From contig OX597818.1 in the NCBI GenBank assembly GCA_951406725.2, positions 101,370,001-101,434,000 of the forward strand: a DNA stretch of 64,000 nucleotides, written 5' to 3'. Below are positions 39,277 through 53,400 of this stretch, one piece after another. The position numbers and the translations under genes were made by a program. Below the pieces are notes generated by a model, which was not told the DNA's origin, did no database searches, and saw only the letters and a list, made by a program, of their open reading frames with translations. The stretch is from Octopus vulgaris (lineage: Eukaryota). Each line of letters opens with the position of its first letter. Within the stretch, counting starts at the first letter, position 1.

Positions 39277-40967
39277 ACTAGAAGAGTTACCCGGCGTTAC
39301 AATTGAAGAATTAGACTTTTGTGTTATATTTTCTGTAATGAACTGTAATGAACTATGTTCTGAATTTCATCAAGATGGCAGATGAGGGCTATTTTCCTAT
39401 TTACACACCCGAAAAAAATTGTAATCATGCCACATGTATCCCATACTATTGGTTTTTTATGCGCATATTCCAAAATTCCAGTCTTTAAGAACCTGTTAAA
39501 AGAATTTTGCTCCTGAAAAACGGAGGTCATGGAGCTTTAAAATCTGAGAGTTAAGAAACCTATTGGGTGTGGTCGTCTTAACGTCAACCAGAGAAGTTGA
39601 ATTGTTGAGAATATTTTTAACTTGGGTCCTATATCTATTGTTTGAATTGCTTTGGAATAGGAAATATATGCTCACTGGGTTTATAAAAGAGAGCAAAGCT
39701 ACAGGAAACCAAAAGACGAATTATCACAATAAGCACTCAGCTATAATACCCTAGTCGTTACCACTCCCAGTGTAGTATTCCTCACGATACAGATGACAAG
39801 CACAGCCGTAAGATGCATTACGAATCTATAGCAATTGGAAGAGCGTGACTCAACTAAAATATACATTAGCAACTGTGTGACATGAGTGCTAAGGAGAAAT
39901 GAAAGTTGTAGCTTGCAAATGATCCCTATACTGATACGTAACTGGACAGAATAAATTTACAATCTATAAAGGTCTTTGAATAACCAGTCACTCATCTGCG
40001 AAAACCTTGAAATCAATGTTACCATCTGGGGACTATGTATGACCCAGTGATAAAAAAAAGATTGAAAGGAAGTCTGCAATCAAATAACTTTACTCAACAC
40101 TTTGCAACTGAATCAGTGAAGGCAAAGATGCCTCTGATTTACTTGACAATTTATGCAGAAATCACAAACTAAGTGTATGTCGAAGCAAACTCTTACACTG
40201 TTGTACCATTGAAGTACAAATAATGCTCATACTTTATGCTCGGGTGACCCTACATCTTCCAAGTGTACAAGTGTATTCGTCTTTGCTTAGATACAATGAT
40301 GAAATTGTGGGTATTACGACCCCATGAAGGGGTCTTTCTAACTCATAAGAAGATGACATTTTATAAATAATACTTCATTTGTACCTTATATGTATGGTTA
40401 AAATTTCGTGAACAGCAGAAATATATGAATTTTCGTGGTGGTTATGGCCTTCATGCATAGAATATAATTTCCAAATTTCCTAAATATCCATTCATTACTT
40501 TTGACCCAGTTTTGGATCATAAAAGAAATGACTAAACGTTGGGAGTTAAGGCCCCCATGGGGCTGTCTTAGATTCATCATGTGAATTGGAAACTGAGAAT
40601 ACATCTTTCTGTTTGTCAATTAGCCAAGGTAAAAATTTCAACATCGAAAATTTAGAAATTTAAATGCCCCATTGAAGCCATCTGAAATTCCAACCAAACA
40701 TTATAACCGCACTTATGCATTGAATCTAACATTATACGCGCACATATGCATTGAATCTAAGTTTCAAATATCATCAGGATCCATTCAGTAATTTTCGTCC
40801 ATGAAATTGTATGAAGAACACAGCAGTACCCTTCTCCCTAGACCTCGATTAATTTGTTCCAAATTTCATTATGAACGGTGCAGCAGTTTTCGAATGTATA
40901 AGTAACACACGAACACATAAAGATATTGACTTTGAAATAATAGATATGAATGTGCACATATACACAC

Positions 40968-41046
<79 letters not shown>

Positions 41047-41655
41047 CTTGTATGCGGTGTTTGTGTACTATATATATATATGAGTGTGTGTGTAAACACA
41101 CACGCACACATAGATAAATTGATAGATAAAACTGAGTGGGCAAACAAAAATATGAGACACTGCCTAGTGTATTTTTTATTTTGATAAACCTGGTACTTAT
41201 TCTATCAGTTTCTTCTTGTGAAACCAGTAAGTTATGTGGTTCTAAATAAACGAACAGCAGTTGTGAAGCTGGGTTAAGTGAGAAACATAAAGACATACAT
41301 ATAGACTTACATATGTACGTATATTTCCGATTGATTTCTTTCAGTTTCTGCCTACAAAGTCCACTGACAAACTTTGGCTGGTCTGAGGCTATATAGCAGA
41401 GGACACATGCCAAGTCACCACACAGTGGGACTGAACCCAAGACCATCTGTTTTTGAACGTGGTTTGTTACTACACAGCCACAATTGCACCTATATATGTG
41501 TGTATGGATATATATATGTATGCATGTATATATGTGTATATATATATATGTGTGTGTACGTATGACATGTACATTTATATCTATAGAAATACATTTATAC
41601 ATATGCATGCATGTATACATATACATGTATACATATACATCTATAAATATATACA

Positions 41656-41733
<78 letters not shown>

Positions 41734-42305
41734 AATTTAAATTCAAAATAAGGTTGAAAAATTGAATACTATTTTGATTAATATCAATTTGAATCCAGTG
41801 GAGTAGCATAAGGAAAAGTCTGCAGTTTCAGAAAAAAAATTATATTGCATACATATACGAGGGATGACCTGTAAGCGGACACCATTTATGCTAAAAGAAA
41901 ATTCACTATGATCTTCCCATTCCTTTGTTAGTGTTAAGACCACAGCGGATCAACTTCTTGCAAAATGGATGTCCATTAACAGTTCATCCCTCTTATATAA
42001 GAGATTCAATTTAATAATTTCAGTATGAAAGTGGAAATATTAAAGTGAATACATCTAACATTACAATAAAGAGATGTTTTTGTTTCACTTTTAACACGTA
42101 ATACTGAAATAGTGGAGAGGATATGATATTGTTCTGGACTCTCCCTAGGCAAGAACTTAAAATGTTTTGCCCATAACACTACATGGATCCTAAGTAAGGA
42201 ATGTGTAAAATTTGAACGAAATTGGTTGTGTAGTTGTCAAGTTTTAAAGATTCACGCAGGCAGACAGACACACACCCACACACATTCTCAGTTTTATATA
42301 TATAA
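39277..42305 (+). mobile_element. Possible Helentron/DINE-like element termini enclosing decayed sequence
   Basis: ACTAGAAGAGTTACCCGGCGTT at 39277 and ...CAGACAGACACAC..TTCTCAGTTTTATATATA ending ~42305. Pairing of the two ends is an inference. Confidence 0.35.
41130..41491 (-). mobile_element. SINE family 1, diverged
   Basis: Reverse complement gives GTGGCTGTGTAGTAAC..GGTTCAGTCCCACTGTGTGG..TATAGCCTCAGACCAGCCAAAG..GGCAGAAACTGAAAGAA. Confidence 0.8.
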
Positions 42306-42365
42306 ATATATCTAAAAACTCTGAGCCAAGTCACAAGAGGAAGTTATTAATTCAAATGAACTTAC

Positions 42366-42392
42366 TCCTTCCAGTTGGCGTTATTGTGTCTT
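42366..42392 (-). CDS. 27-nt microexon (phase 2-2) RHNNANWK
   Basis: ttcttccttttcag / gtaagttc. Confidence 0.6.
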
Positions 42393-42589
42393 CTGAAAAG
42401 GAAGAAAATTGCGAAATTAATGTTTCCTGAATAATGCACAAACAGATTATTGTTGAAACATTAGAAACCAGTCGAAAGGCAAAATATTTCCACGAATTTG
42501 ACCTACTATATAACTATAAGTTGTCTGTGAAAAAGATAGCATAACACATATTTTTCTTAGGATGGGTTTAATGACACAGCAAGATAGTA

Positions 42590-42648
<59 letters not shown>

Positions 42649-42714
42649 CTATATATATATATATTATATACTTGCTTATATATATTTATACATATATATA
42701 GTAATATTTATATA

Positions 42715-42900
42715 TGAGTGAGCAAACAAAAATATGAGACACTGCCTAGTGCATTTTGTTTTATTTTGATAAGCCTGGTACTTATTCTGTCAGATTCTTC
42801 TTGTGAAATTAGTAAGTTATGGGGCTGTAAATAAACGAACAGCAGTTGTGAAGCAGGGGTAAGGGAGAAACACAAAGACACACATACACAGGCAAACACA
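42715..42900 (-). mobile_element. Local duplicate of the 3' half of the 41130 SINE
   Basis: Shares GCAAACAAAAATATGAGACACTGCCTAGTG and AAATAAACGAACAGCAGTTGTGAAGC with 41135-41300. Confidence 0.75.
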
Positions 42901-42916
42901 CATATACATATATATG

Positions 42917-42947
<31 letters not shown>

Positions 42948-43808
42948 GTCTGTGTGTGTATGTGTTTATCCTATCACACACATACACACACACACCGCTT
43001 CAGAACAGCGTTGGATTATCCTTGTTCGCAGCAACGTTGGGCTTCAGCAACTGAGTTAGATAGAATAATTACCAGACTTAAAATGTAAATAACGAAAAAT
43101 AATTAGATCAAAGGTTCTTCACGGTATTTTTTCACCAATATATAGCATTCACACCTATGTTTGGCCATCACTATAGGTGTAAATGTGTCCTTGGCATTAA
43201 GCGTTTTTGAAGCATATACAACTTGAACGACCATTCATGTGGATAATACATGTATGCGAAATAAAAATAACTTTCGTAACACATATATGAATGGCACGAC
43301 TAGCAAGCGGTTGGAAACTATCGTTTGTAACAGGGGGGTTTTGTCCAAAGCAAAGCTTATTGTATCTCCATAGCAGAGTAAAGTCAGTGAAGCACTGTGA
43401 TATGGGTATTTCTTTTGCGGTCGCCAATCTTGATAGTCTATATACACGTGGTATTTTTTTTATAATCTGAGCTACTAAATCCTGAGTTAAATATATAAAA
43501 TATGGGACATACATAATTATTATTTTCATATATTCAGTGTTTATGTATGTGTTTAGAGGAAGAAGAGTGATAACAAATGTGTTATATATTCTGAAGCTTA
43601 TTGTGCAGGTAATAGTGGATACTTTTATTTTAGAAGGGCGAGTATTGATCATGAACTATAAGCTCTCCTTGGACGGTATTTTGGAATATGGATTTTGTGA
43701 AATATTCTTCTTTTTGGAACGCTTTGATCGATAGGTAACTAAAACATGTCAATATCATGTAGTAGGTAACGATTGAAAATATATGCGAATTAAAGGCCCG
43801 ATACTTAC

Positions 43809-43844
43809 ATTTCGTAACGTACTTCTTTCATAAATTTCTCATCA
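43809..43844 (-). CDS. 36-nt microexon (phase 2-2) DEKFMKEVRYE
   Basis: ttttaatttcag / gtaagtat. Confidence 0.6.
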
Positions 43845-44706
43845 CTGAAATTAAAATGTGTATGACCATGTAATTCTAGCAGGATTTTAATCAATCAAAA
43901 TAATCGTTTAATCAACAGATACGTGTGCATTAATATAAATGCATGCATATATATAATGTCTGTAAATACATACACAAGTGACATAATACCCAAATATATT
44001 ATGTATACAAATATGTATATACAAGTGCTACGTGCGTGCGTGTGTGCGTGTGTCTATGTGCAATATATTCCCGTTGGTGATTGTCGGTCATAAAGTTACC
44101 ATTTATTGTGATTGTCGGTCATAAAGTTACCATAAATTTCACGTTTTGTTTTGCTCTTAGCAATATAGGTGGCCCATCAGATTTGCTGGATGGAAACACA
44201 TAACCTGCTTACTAATGGAGGTGAGAAATAGCCTTTTGCCATCCACGTTGTGAAAACATTCCTGAAATGAAAATTTTGAGAGCGAAAACCTCTTGTGCGT
44301 CATATAGAATTAACGCTCTTATACCAAATGTTTTAGAAGTTTCGAGGTTACAGGAGAGAGACAATTGAGTTTCCACACATTGGGACTGAAACCGGAAAAA
44401 TGTGGTAGAGGGGAAAGCTTCTTCACACATAGCCACACCTGAGCCTATGTATAAAAAGTGAAATATCCAAATATGATCATTATGTGATCATATGTAAAAG
44501 GATAATTCAATAGATTTTATGATCCAATAGTTAAGTTGCAGTATTCAGTATACCGAGTTGCACATCTTAATCTGGATGACACACATGCCTTTTATTTAGA
44601 GTCTCGGGTCTATAATGACGCATCTGCAGACATACACATGTGTATACATACACAAACAAGTACACAAATACATAAGCACACATACACACACATCTCTTTC
44701 AATATG

Positions 44707-44814
44707 CGAGGGCTGTATGAAAAGTCTTGAGCCTCAAGAAAAAAATCAATATGGAAAAAGACTTCTGAGGAAGGGAGACGACTTGAAGGCCCAAATCTTT
44801 TCACACACCCCTCG
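44707..44814. mobile_element. Tiny mariner-like MITE
   Basis: CGAGGGCTGTATGAAAAG..GAGCCT / AGGCCC..CTTTTCACACACCCCTCG-TA. Confidence 0.55.
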
Positions 44815-44827
44815 TATCTATGCTTAT

Positions 44828-45245
44828 GGCAGTGAGGTGGCAGAAACGTTAACACCCCTGGCGAAATGATTAGAGGTATTTCGTCTGTCTTTACATTCTG
44901 AGTTCACATTCCCCCGAGATGGACTTCGCCTTTCAACCTTTCGGGGTCGATTAAATAAGTTACGCACTGGGTCGATACAATCGACTAAATGCGTTTGTCT
45001 GTCCATGTTTGTCCCCTCTGTGTAGCATCGTGTGGGCTGTAAAGAAATAAGAAACGTTAACACGCCTGGTGAAGTGATTAGCAGAATTTCGTCTGTTTTT
45101 ACATTCTGAGTTCAAATACGGGGAGATCGACTGTGCTTGTTAACCTTTCAGGGTCGATAAATTAAGCACCACTTGCGTACTGGATTTATTTAATCCACTG
45201 GTCCCCCTACCAAACGTTTTTGGCCTTGTACCTAGTGTAGAAAAC
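44828..45245 (+). mobile_element. SINE family 2, dimer
   Basis: GGCAGTGAGGTGGCAGAAACGTTAACAC..TTCTGAGTTCA..CCTTTCGGGGTCGAT, twice. Confidence 0.85.
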
Positions 45246-45462
45246 AATATATGTATGTTTGTGTATGCATCTACATAATGGTTTTATATTTACAATTGCC
45301 CATTTATGTAATACGAAAATCCTTCAAGTAAAACACGACAATAATTATGTTCATGAGTGTCAGAATATAGTTCTCCACTTGTAGCAAATACAAGTTCTGT
45401 TTCAGTAATGAATATAGAAACAATTACAAATGAAGTAGGAAAATAATTATAAGTCTACTTAC

Positions 45463-45501
45463 ACCAATTCACTTACGAAAGGAACGAATCTTAATTTGAT
45501 A
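45463..45501 (-). CDS. 39-nt microexon (phase 2-2) IKLRFVPFVSEL
   Basis: tttttattacag / gtaagtag; a second GTAAGT donor lies 14 nt upstream within the exon. Confidence 0.5.
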
Positions 45502-46904
45502 CTGTAATAAAAAATGAATTTATTTCATCAATTATATTCTTTGAAGAGTAGTGTATGTGTGTAAAATTGTTAATTAATATTTGAAAGAATGGTAACTTTG
45601 CAATAAACTTATTGCGCTCCTTGAATTGTCTCCTTACATAAATTTCGATATGATACAAGCATAAACTTGTATCTTCTTAACTTCAGTATTTTTCGAAGTA
45701 AATTTACTATGTCATTCTCTAACAGTTTGAATGTATTCCGATTTAGTCATCATCATGCATGTTATTTAAAATCCACATGCACTAGTTACTCTCCTATATT
45801 AAGCGCAAGTGCTTTGGCAAAATCTCTGATTAATTGAAAATTAATTTGTCAAAATTATTTCATCATATGTATATCCCTCGCATGATGTATTCCTTCAAAG
45901 ACAAACATGTCTAAATATAAATCAAAGAACATTTGAAATGGTAGCTGGATTTTCTATGTAATTCATTGGTAAATTATATTAGCGACATGTCAATATATAT
46001 ATCGAGAGGTAATATTTGCCTCCCCTTAAACGATGATGTTCTTTTAGAACAGGCATTACTACAGCAGTTGCTCCGAGAGAAACTCTCTCACTGGCTTTTT
46101 GGTAAACGTCCACGTGTTTAAATTTCTTAAGCGTTGGAGGTTCAAATCGCTAAAAACAGTGAATAGTGAAGATTTATCCATCACTACTTCTAGTGCTGAT
46201 ACCACCAGATCATGTGATTTCGACCTTGTTTCATCATGCCAATGATGGCACACGATCTCAAGAGACAGCAGTGATTCATCTCAATGCCAGCGCTGAATAG
46301 ATTCACAGTCTCAGGACAGGCGCTGGTGTTGCCATTAGCTATTTTTCTTAAGTAGAGCCGACATATGTCCTCCACACAGCGGTATAAATATGAGTGAATT
46401 TTGCACACAAAAACGCGTGTTTCTCTCATGGTAACGGTAAAATTTATACTAAAAGAACATCCAAGTACGACTAAATAAATACTTCCCTGAGATTTATTAA
46501 TATTTGCACCACAACATTTTGATAAGCATGAGATAATAAAGGAAGACTTACGATGTAAGAGGCGGGCTGTAAAATACAACAAAAATAACAAGATGTCAAT
46601 ATAAAAGAACGCCACATGAAAGTATGAATACATGAATTACATGAGAGTTTGCGGTTGTTTGCGTGTGTATGTGTGTGTTTGTGTGTGTGTGTGTCTCTCT
46701 CTGTTTGTGTGTGTGTTTATGTACGATTGCGTGCGCGGATGTGTGTAATTATGGTCAGTTTGTTTCATAGTGCCACTACGAAACGAAGAAGATACCTTCC
46801 CTTGCCTTGAGACCAATATTTCTGTTTCAGTTATCCTTGCACCTTCGTGGCATGAAATGCCTTTGGTGATATTTTAGAACTAATGCACACCATTTCTCCC
46901 CATA

Positions 46905-47095
46905 CAGTTCTCTATTTAAGAGATGACGAATTACGTACATCATTTATATTATGTACATTCGACAAACATATTTCCTCATCTTATTTCTTGTTAACACAAC
47001 GTTTCGGTAGACATGCGCTCCAGGCTTCATCAGGTGTTCTGGGGAAATTTGGAACCTGGGTTCTAATTCCTAAGGTCTTTTTCGACATTATGATA
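46905..47095 (-). mobile_element. Hammerhead module of the composite SINE (head missing)
   Basis: Minus strand AACAC CUGAUGA AGCCUGG..CUACC GAAACGUU GUGUU (46993-47038). Core and stem I intact, stem II eroded. Confidence 0.75.
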
Positions 47096-47124
47096 ATAGT
47101 AATAATAACAACAACAACAACACC

Positions 47125-47166
<42 letters not shown>

Positions 47167-47167
47167 T

Positions 47168-47219
<52 letters not shown>

Positions 47220-47407
47220 TAATGGTAATAACAATAATAATAATAATCCATTTTTTTCTGCGTCCTCTTATTCTTCTTATCATTCTTCTTCTTCTTCTTC
47301 TTCTTCTTCTTCTTCTTCTTCTTCTTCTTCTTCTTCTTCTTCTCCTCCTTCTTCTTCTTCTTCTTCTTCTTCTTCTTCTTCTTCTTCTTCTTCGTCTTCT
47401 ACTTCTG

Positions 47408-47487
<80 letters not shown>

Positions 47488-47509
47488 CATTAATATTATT
47501 ATTATTATT
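47095..47509. repeat. (AAT)n-(CTT)n-(ATT)n compound microsatellite
   Basis: Directly visible. Confidence 0.95.
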
Positions 47510-48000
47510 GTCTTTGCACAGCCTCTAAGAGATGTATTACAGTGTCTGCTGATCACTACCAGTGAACTAAGGTAACATTTCATATTTTTCGAGCACCGTC
47601 CGGAGAGCGGTGCTGTTTTCTGGAAGTGCTCCACCCTTATTGCAACCACTATTTGTTCCATATACTTATCAAGATTTTTATTCATTGTTCCTCGGTCTCC
47701 GACAATTTTTGGTACTGCTTCTACCCAAGCTAACATGTCATATCTATCAACATTTCTTTCTTCTTTATTGCATGTCTTGTTGTCAGCTGGGCATGTTATA
47801 TCTATGATCCAGCATAGTTTGGCTTCATTCTAAATTAAGACTATGTCTGGTTTTCTATTATGTATCTCATAGACGCACTGGATAATAAAATCCCACAGGA
47901 TCTTTGTAATATCGTTTTCGAGTTCTGGTGGTACCAATTTTTTGCTACGTCAAGTCCATTCATGTTGAAAATTGTCCAATGGAAAGCCTTGATACAATTG
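47510..48000 (-). mobile_element. Short old R4/Dong 3' fragment (RLE)
   Basis: KILWDFIIQCVYEIHNRKPDIVLI, CWIIDITCPADN, VEHFQKTA; 3' end runs into (AAT)n on the minus strand. Confidence 0.8.
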
Positions 48001-48016
48001 TAAGAATAATAATAAC

Positions 48017-48060
<44 letters not shown>

Positions 48061-48115
48061 TAATAATAACAACAACAACAAAACATTTATAATAATAATA
48101 ATAATAATAATAATG

Positions 48116-48165
<50 letters not shown>

Positions 48166-48198
48166 CATTATTATCATTATTATTATTATTATTATTAT

Positions 48199-50422
48199 AG
48201 AGACAATGCCTGAATGGCTCGCGAAAGGGGAAAAACCATCTCAATTCCCAAATCAAATGAGACAGCAAAACCAGAAGACTACAGACCAATAACCTGTCTC
48301 CCTACTATGTACAAGGCATTTACTGCAGTGATATCGCAAAGGTTGAACAAGCACCTGGACGAAAACAACCTCTTTCCAGAAGAGCAGAAAGGATGCCGCA
48401 AAGGCTCATATGGCTGTAAAGATCAACTAATGATTAATAAAGCCGTAACTGAAGACAGCCACAGAAAGAAGAAAGACCTCAGTATTGCCTAGATCGACTA
48501 CAAAAAGGCATTTGATAACATCCCCCACACATGGATCCTCGAAACACTAGCCATTAACAAAGTAGCACCAACCCTTATAAAATTCATAGGGCACTCTATG
48601 AATAAATGGCAAACAGTCCTACACCTCCAAACAAAAGAGGGACACATGAAAACCAAAGCGATCCCCATCAGAAGAGGAATATTCCAGGGAGACACGCTCT
48701 CTCCACTCCTTTTCTGCTTGGCACTGTCACCTCTAACTGATATGCTAAATAGAACTGGATGCGGATATAAATGTCACGGCAAAACAATCAGCCACCTTTT
48801 ATATATGGATGACCTAAAATTATACGCTGCAAATGACAAACAGCTGGAAACACTATTAAAGACACTTCATAAAGAAATAGATTTGAAATAGGAATAGATA
48901 TGAAATAGGGATTAGAAAAATGCGCCAAAGTATCCATGAAAAGAGGAAAACTAGTTAAGAGTAGCAACATCACACTAGATAAAACCAATGAGATAAAAGA
49001 ATTAGATCAAAGCCAAACTTACAAATACTTAGGAATCCATGAACTAGATAGGACATAACACACACAAATGAAAGAGAAAATAAAAAAAGAATATTATGGA
49101 CGAGTTAGATCAATACTGAAAACAGAGCTCAATGCTAAAAACAAGATAATAGGTTTTAACACTCTAGCTGTCCCAGTTATAGGTTACAGCTACAATATCC
49201 TTAACTGAACACTAAATGAACTGACAAAAATAGATAGGAAAACAAGAAAAATAATGAGAGGATCTAGGATGCATCACACAAAATCTGACGTAGAAAAACT
49301 ATATATACAGCGTATAGAAGGTGGTAGAGGCCTCATACAGCTGGAAAACTACTATAAAATAACCACCATAGGACTGCAAAATATCTACTTCAGAAGGAAG
49401 GAAAACTGTTACAAATAGCGGCAAAACACGAACAAAACAGAAAATTGTTCTCAGTATTTAAGGAAGCTGACAAATACAAACAAGAAATCATACCACCTAA
49501 TAAATATGAACAAGAAGAAGAAGAAGATGAAGAAACAACAAAAGCTATAAAACAAATGAAATCCAAACTAAAAGTAGAACAGCAGCGAACCATGATAAAA
49601 CGATGGCAAGAAAAGCCCCTTCATGGCAAATACTGGACTAAACTAAATGCAAAAGAAATAGACAAAGAAAAATCCCAGCAATGGTTGAGAAGCTCAGGAC
49701 TCAAAGCAGACACAGAGGGATTTTTAATTGCAGCACAAGACAAAAGCCTCCCCACCAGAAATTACTAAAAACATGTAATGAAAAGAAATATAACAAGTAA
49801 CTGCAGACTATGTGGAGTTGGACAAGAAACAATAAATCTTATTATCTCTAGCTGCCCAGTCCTGGCTAAGAAGGAATATATTCAGAGACATGACAGAGTT
49901 GGAACCTACATACATTGGAAGCTATGCCAACATTATGGAATAACAACAGAAAAAAGATGGTATACGCACACACCAGAAAAGGTCACAAAAAACGAGAAAG
50001 CAACCATACTCTGGGATATGCCGATACACACAGATAGAGCAATTAAGGCCAACAGACCAGATATAGTTGTCAGAGATCATGAAGAAAAAAATCCTTTCTA
50101 ATTGATGTATCAATACCGGCAGCTGACAACGTATCTCTAAATGAAATGGAGAAACTCTCAAAATACAAAGACCTGGAAATAGAGGTAACCAGAATGTGGA
50201 ATCTAAAAACAGAAACAATTCCTATCATAGTAGGTGCATTAGTCATGATAAACAAATATTCAGACAAATACATAACAAAAACACCAGGACTTACAAACAC
50301 ATATAACATACAGAAAATTGCACTATTAGGTACTGTATACAACAAATCACAGCACATACCTAAGGCACACAGAGCTGCGCTTGGTAGTGAAGTGAAAGCA
50401 CACTATAAAAATAAAACTACTG
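48199..50422 (+). mobile_element. 5'-truncated R4/Dong element (RT, CCHC, RLE), disrupted
   Basis: DYRPITCLPTMYK, RGIFQGDTLSPLLF, HLLYMDDLKLY, CRLC..SSC, RHD, ANRPDIVV, EKLSKYKDLEIE; (AAT)n tail. Confidence 0.95.
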
Positions 50423-50459
50423 AATAATAATAATAATAATAATATTTTTTTTTTTTTTA

Positions 50460-53400
50460 ATGTTTGGCGATAAAACTATCAACAAAAAATACAGACGAAT
50501 ATAGATCTGCTAGCCTTAAGAAGCTGCGCTATGAGTAACGCTTACATGTAGAGAACCCTAAACTGACAGATCCATCTCCTAATATAAGAATGGAAGCTCG
50601 TCATGCTTCAAGGTCAACAAATCAAACAATAAACCGCATTGGTCATTGCGCGGATTACAAAAGACCACGCACCCGAAAATTGAACCAAATTCTGATTGAA
50701 AAATCAGCTACTGGATCAAATCTTCCCAACACACAGGGGCTGGACGTACCCCACAACCGGAATATTCCAACAGATGGCCATCCATGCTCATCACCAAATA
50801 ATCAAAAGAAAAAGAAGGAAAAATGGTCTAGGGAAGATAATAAAGAAGTTCTTGAGGCCTTCTACCATGCCATATATTTCCCCACAGATAAATCTAACAC
50901 TGTACAAGCATACTTAAACTGGAGACAGAAACACCCTGAAGTAAGACCCTACATAGTAACAAACTTGCCAACGTCAGAAGAAACATTATAAAAAAAAATT
51001 ACTGACTGAAGTAGAGATTGATCAAGTTAGACAAGCAATATCGGATAAAATGAACGAAGCTGCAGCTAGAGAAGATAATACAGAGGAAATAATTGTAGAC
51101 CTGCCCAGGGCTGATAAAAACGAAGTGAGGATTGAAAGAGTTAGTATAAGTGATAGGCAAAGTGAAATACTCCCTGAACCAATCATAAACAACTAAGACA
51201 GATGAGCATCAAATAGATAAAGAAAGTCACACAAATATTGACCCAACAGAACTACATGAGCTAAAAAATCAAATCATGATTCAATGGCTGAAAATTAAAG
51301 AAACCAGCATGGATGAACGTGATACACTCCCTAAAATCCGCAACTCTAACCAAAACATGAAAATAATTGGTAAAATCCGGCTTGCACTTAAGGATATAAT
51401 TTCAGCTAATGACGTTGATATCACAAACCTCAACCACCTATACTATGCATCCGCGAAAATCTCAACGATCCTATGTGGTGTAAAGATTGGAAAACGGCAA
51501 CACTCCCACAAAAAGCCTTCTTGGCAAGAGCGTCTGCAACAACAAATTAAAATATTTAGATCTGACATTGAGTATTTGAAAAACTTTAAGGCTCATAAGA
51601 CTACCAAAGCTACAAAACCCAAAAATTACTGAAAAAATACAATATGAAATATATACTTGATATTGATGCCATCATAGAAACCATCAAACAAAAGGTATCT
51701 GCCAAAGCTGCCCGCATAGCAAGGTATGAAAAGCATGTTAGATTTTTCAAGGACAACAACATGTCCAAAAATGACCCCAATATTTTTTACAGGAAGATAG
51801 GTAAAACAGCGTTTACTGCAATGTCTGTACCATCAAAAGAAGAAAAGCAGGGATTTTGGAATAGAATCTGGGCAGAAGAAAAAACACACAACGAAAAGGC
51901 CCCCTGGATTGATAGAATATCTACAGAACTGGACCCCTTAGAAGATAAAAAGTAGGAGGGTGTCAAGGTAGAAGATATAAGATCTGCTCTCAGGAGATCA
52001 AGCAAATGGAAGTCTCCAGGAAAGGATAAAATTCCTAACTTCTGGCTGAATGCCTTCCCAGAGAGTCATGAACTGCTAACAGAACTGTACAATGATGTTT
52101 TGCAACACCCTAGTAGGAAGCCTCGTTGGCTAGTTAATGGGTTAACATTCCTGCTTCCAAAAAGTGAAGAAACAAATGAACCAAAAAATATAGATCCATA
52201 ACCTGCTTAACAACTATGTACAAAACGCTAACATCTGTCCTGGCGGAATATAGCTATAGTTTTTTAACAGACAGCAGCATATTCCCTAATGAACAGAAAG
52301 GATGTAAACGTGGATCCTACTGTAAAGATCAACTACTCATCAATAAGATGATCTTAGAAGATTGTCACAAACGACACAAATCTTATCAATAGCCTGGATA
52401 GACTATAAAAAGGCTTTTGATAGCCTACCACATAGCTGGATTAGGAAATGCCTGGAAATGTATAAGATAGCGCCTACACTGCGAAACTTCTTGACTGTAA
52501 GTATGAGATCATGGAGAAACACACTAACTCTGAACAGTGACAATTAATCCCTAAATGCTGGTGATGTACAAATTTCGTGTGGCATTTTCCAGGGTGACTC
52601 ACTGTCACCACTCCTCTTTTGTTTAGGCTTAATACCTCTCTCAAAGCTGCTCAATGACGCGCAGTACGGGTATAAAATGTTTGATAAAAATATAAATCAT
52701 CTCATTTACATGGATGATTTAAAGCTTTTTGCAAAAAATGACCAACAACTCGAGGGCTTACTAGCGATAGTCAAACAATACAGTGACGACATCAGAATGC
52801 AATTCGGCCTCGATAAATGTGCAAAAGCTACCTTTATCAAAGGACAAATGACAGAAACATCTAACGTTAACCTTGACCAGCAGAATGTCATAAAAGAACT
52901 AGACCCAGCGGAGAGCTACAAGTACCTAGAGGTAATTGAAGGGAACGGAATAAGGCATTCAGAGATGAAGGAAAGGATCAGGAGAGAATGCTATCAAAGA
53001 GTGAGAGCAATACTCAAGACAGATCTGAATGCAAGAAACAGGATCGAAGCGATCAATGCATTAGCCATACAAGTCAGTGACTTACAGTTTCATTATTGTT
53101 AACTGGTCAATTACTGAAATATGTCAGCTCGACAGAAAAATAAGGAAACTGTTGACAATGCATAGAATGCACCACACTAAGGCAGATACAAAACGACTCT
53201 ATCTGCCAAGAAAAGAGGGAGGCCGTGGTCTTTTACAACTGGCAATATCAATGAAGATTGCTACAATTGGCCTAGACACCTACCTGAAAAACTCTGAGGA
53301 CTGGATGTTAAAACTTGTCTCAAAACATGAAAACAAGAAAGCATCATACTCAGTCACAAAACAGGCAAAGGGATATCTAAGTGAATTCCGAATACAACCA

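Noticed and set aside
46883-47736. Long poly-I/L/R ORFs (also 5850, 16930, 24534)
   Set aside because: Trinucleotide microsatellite artefacts.
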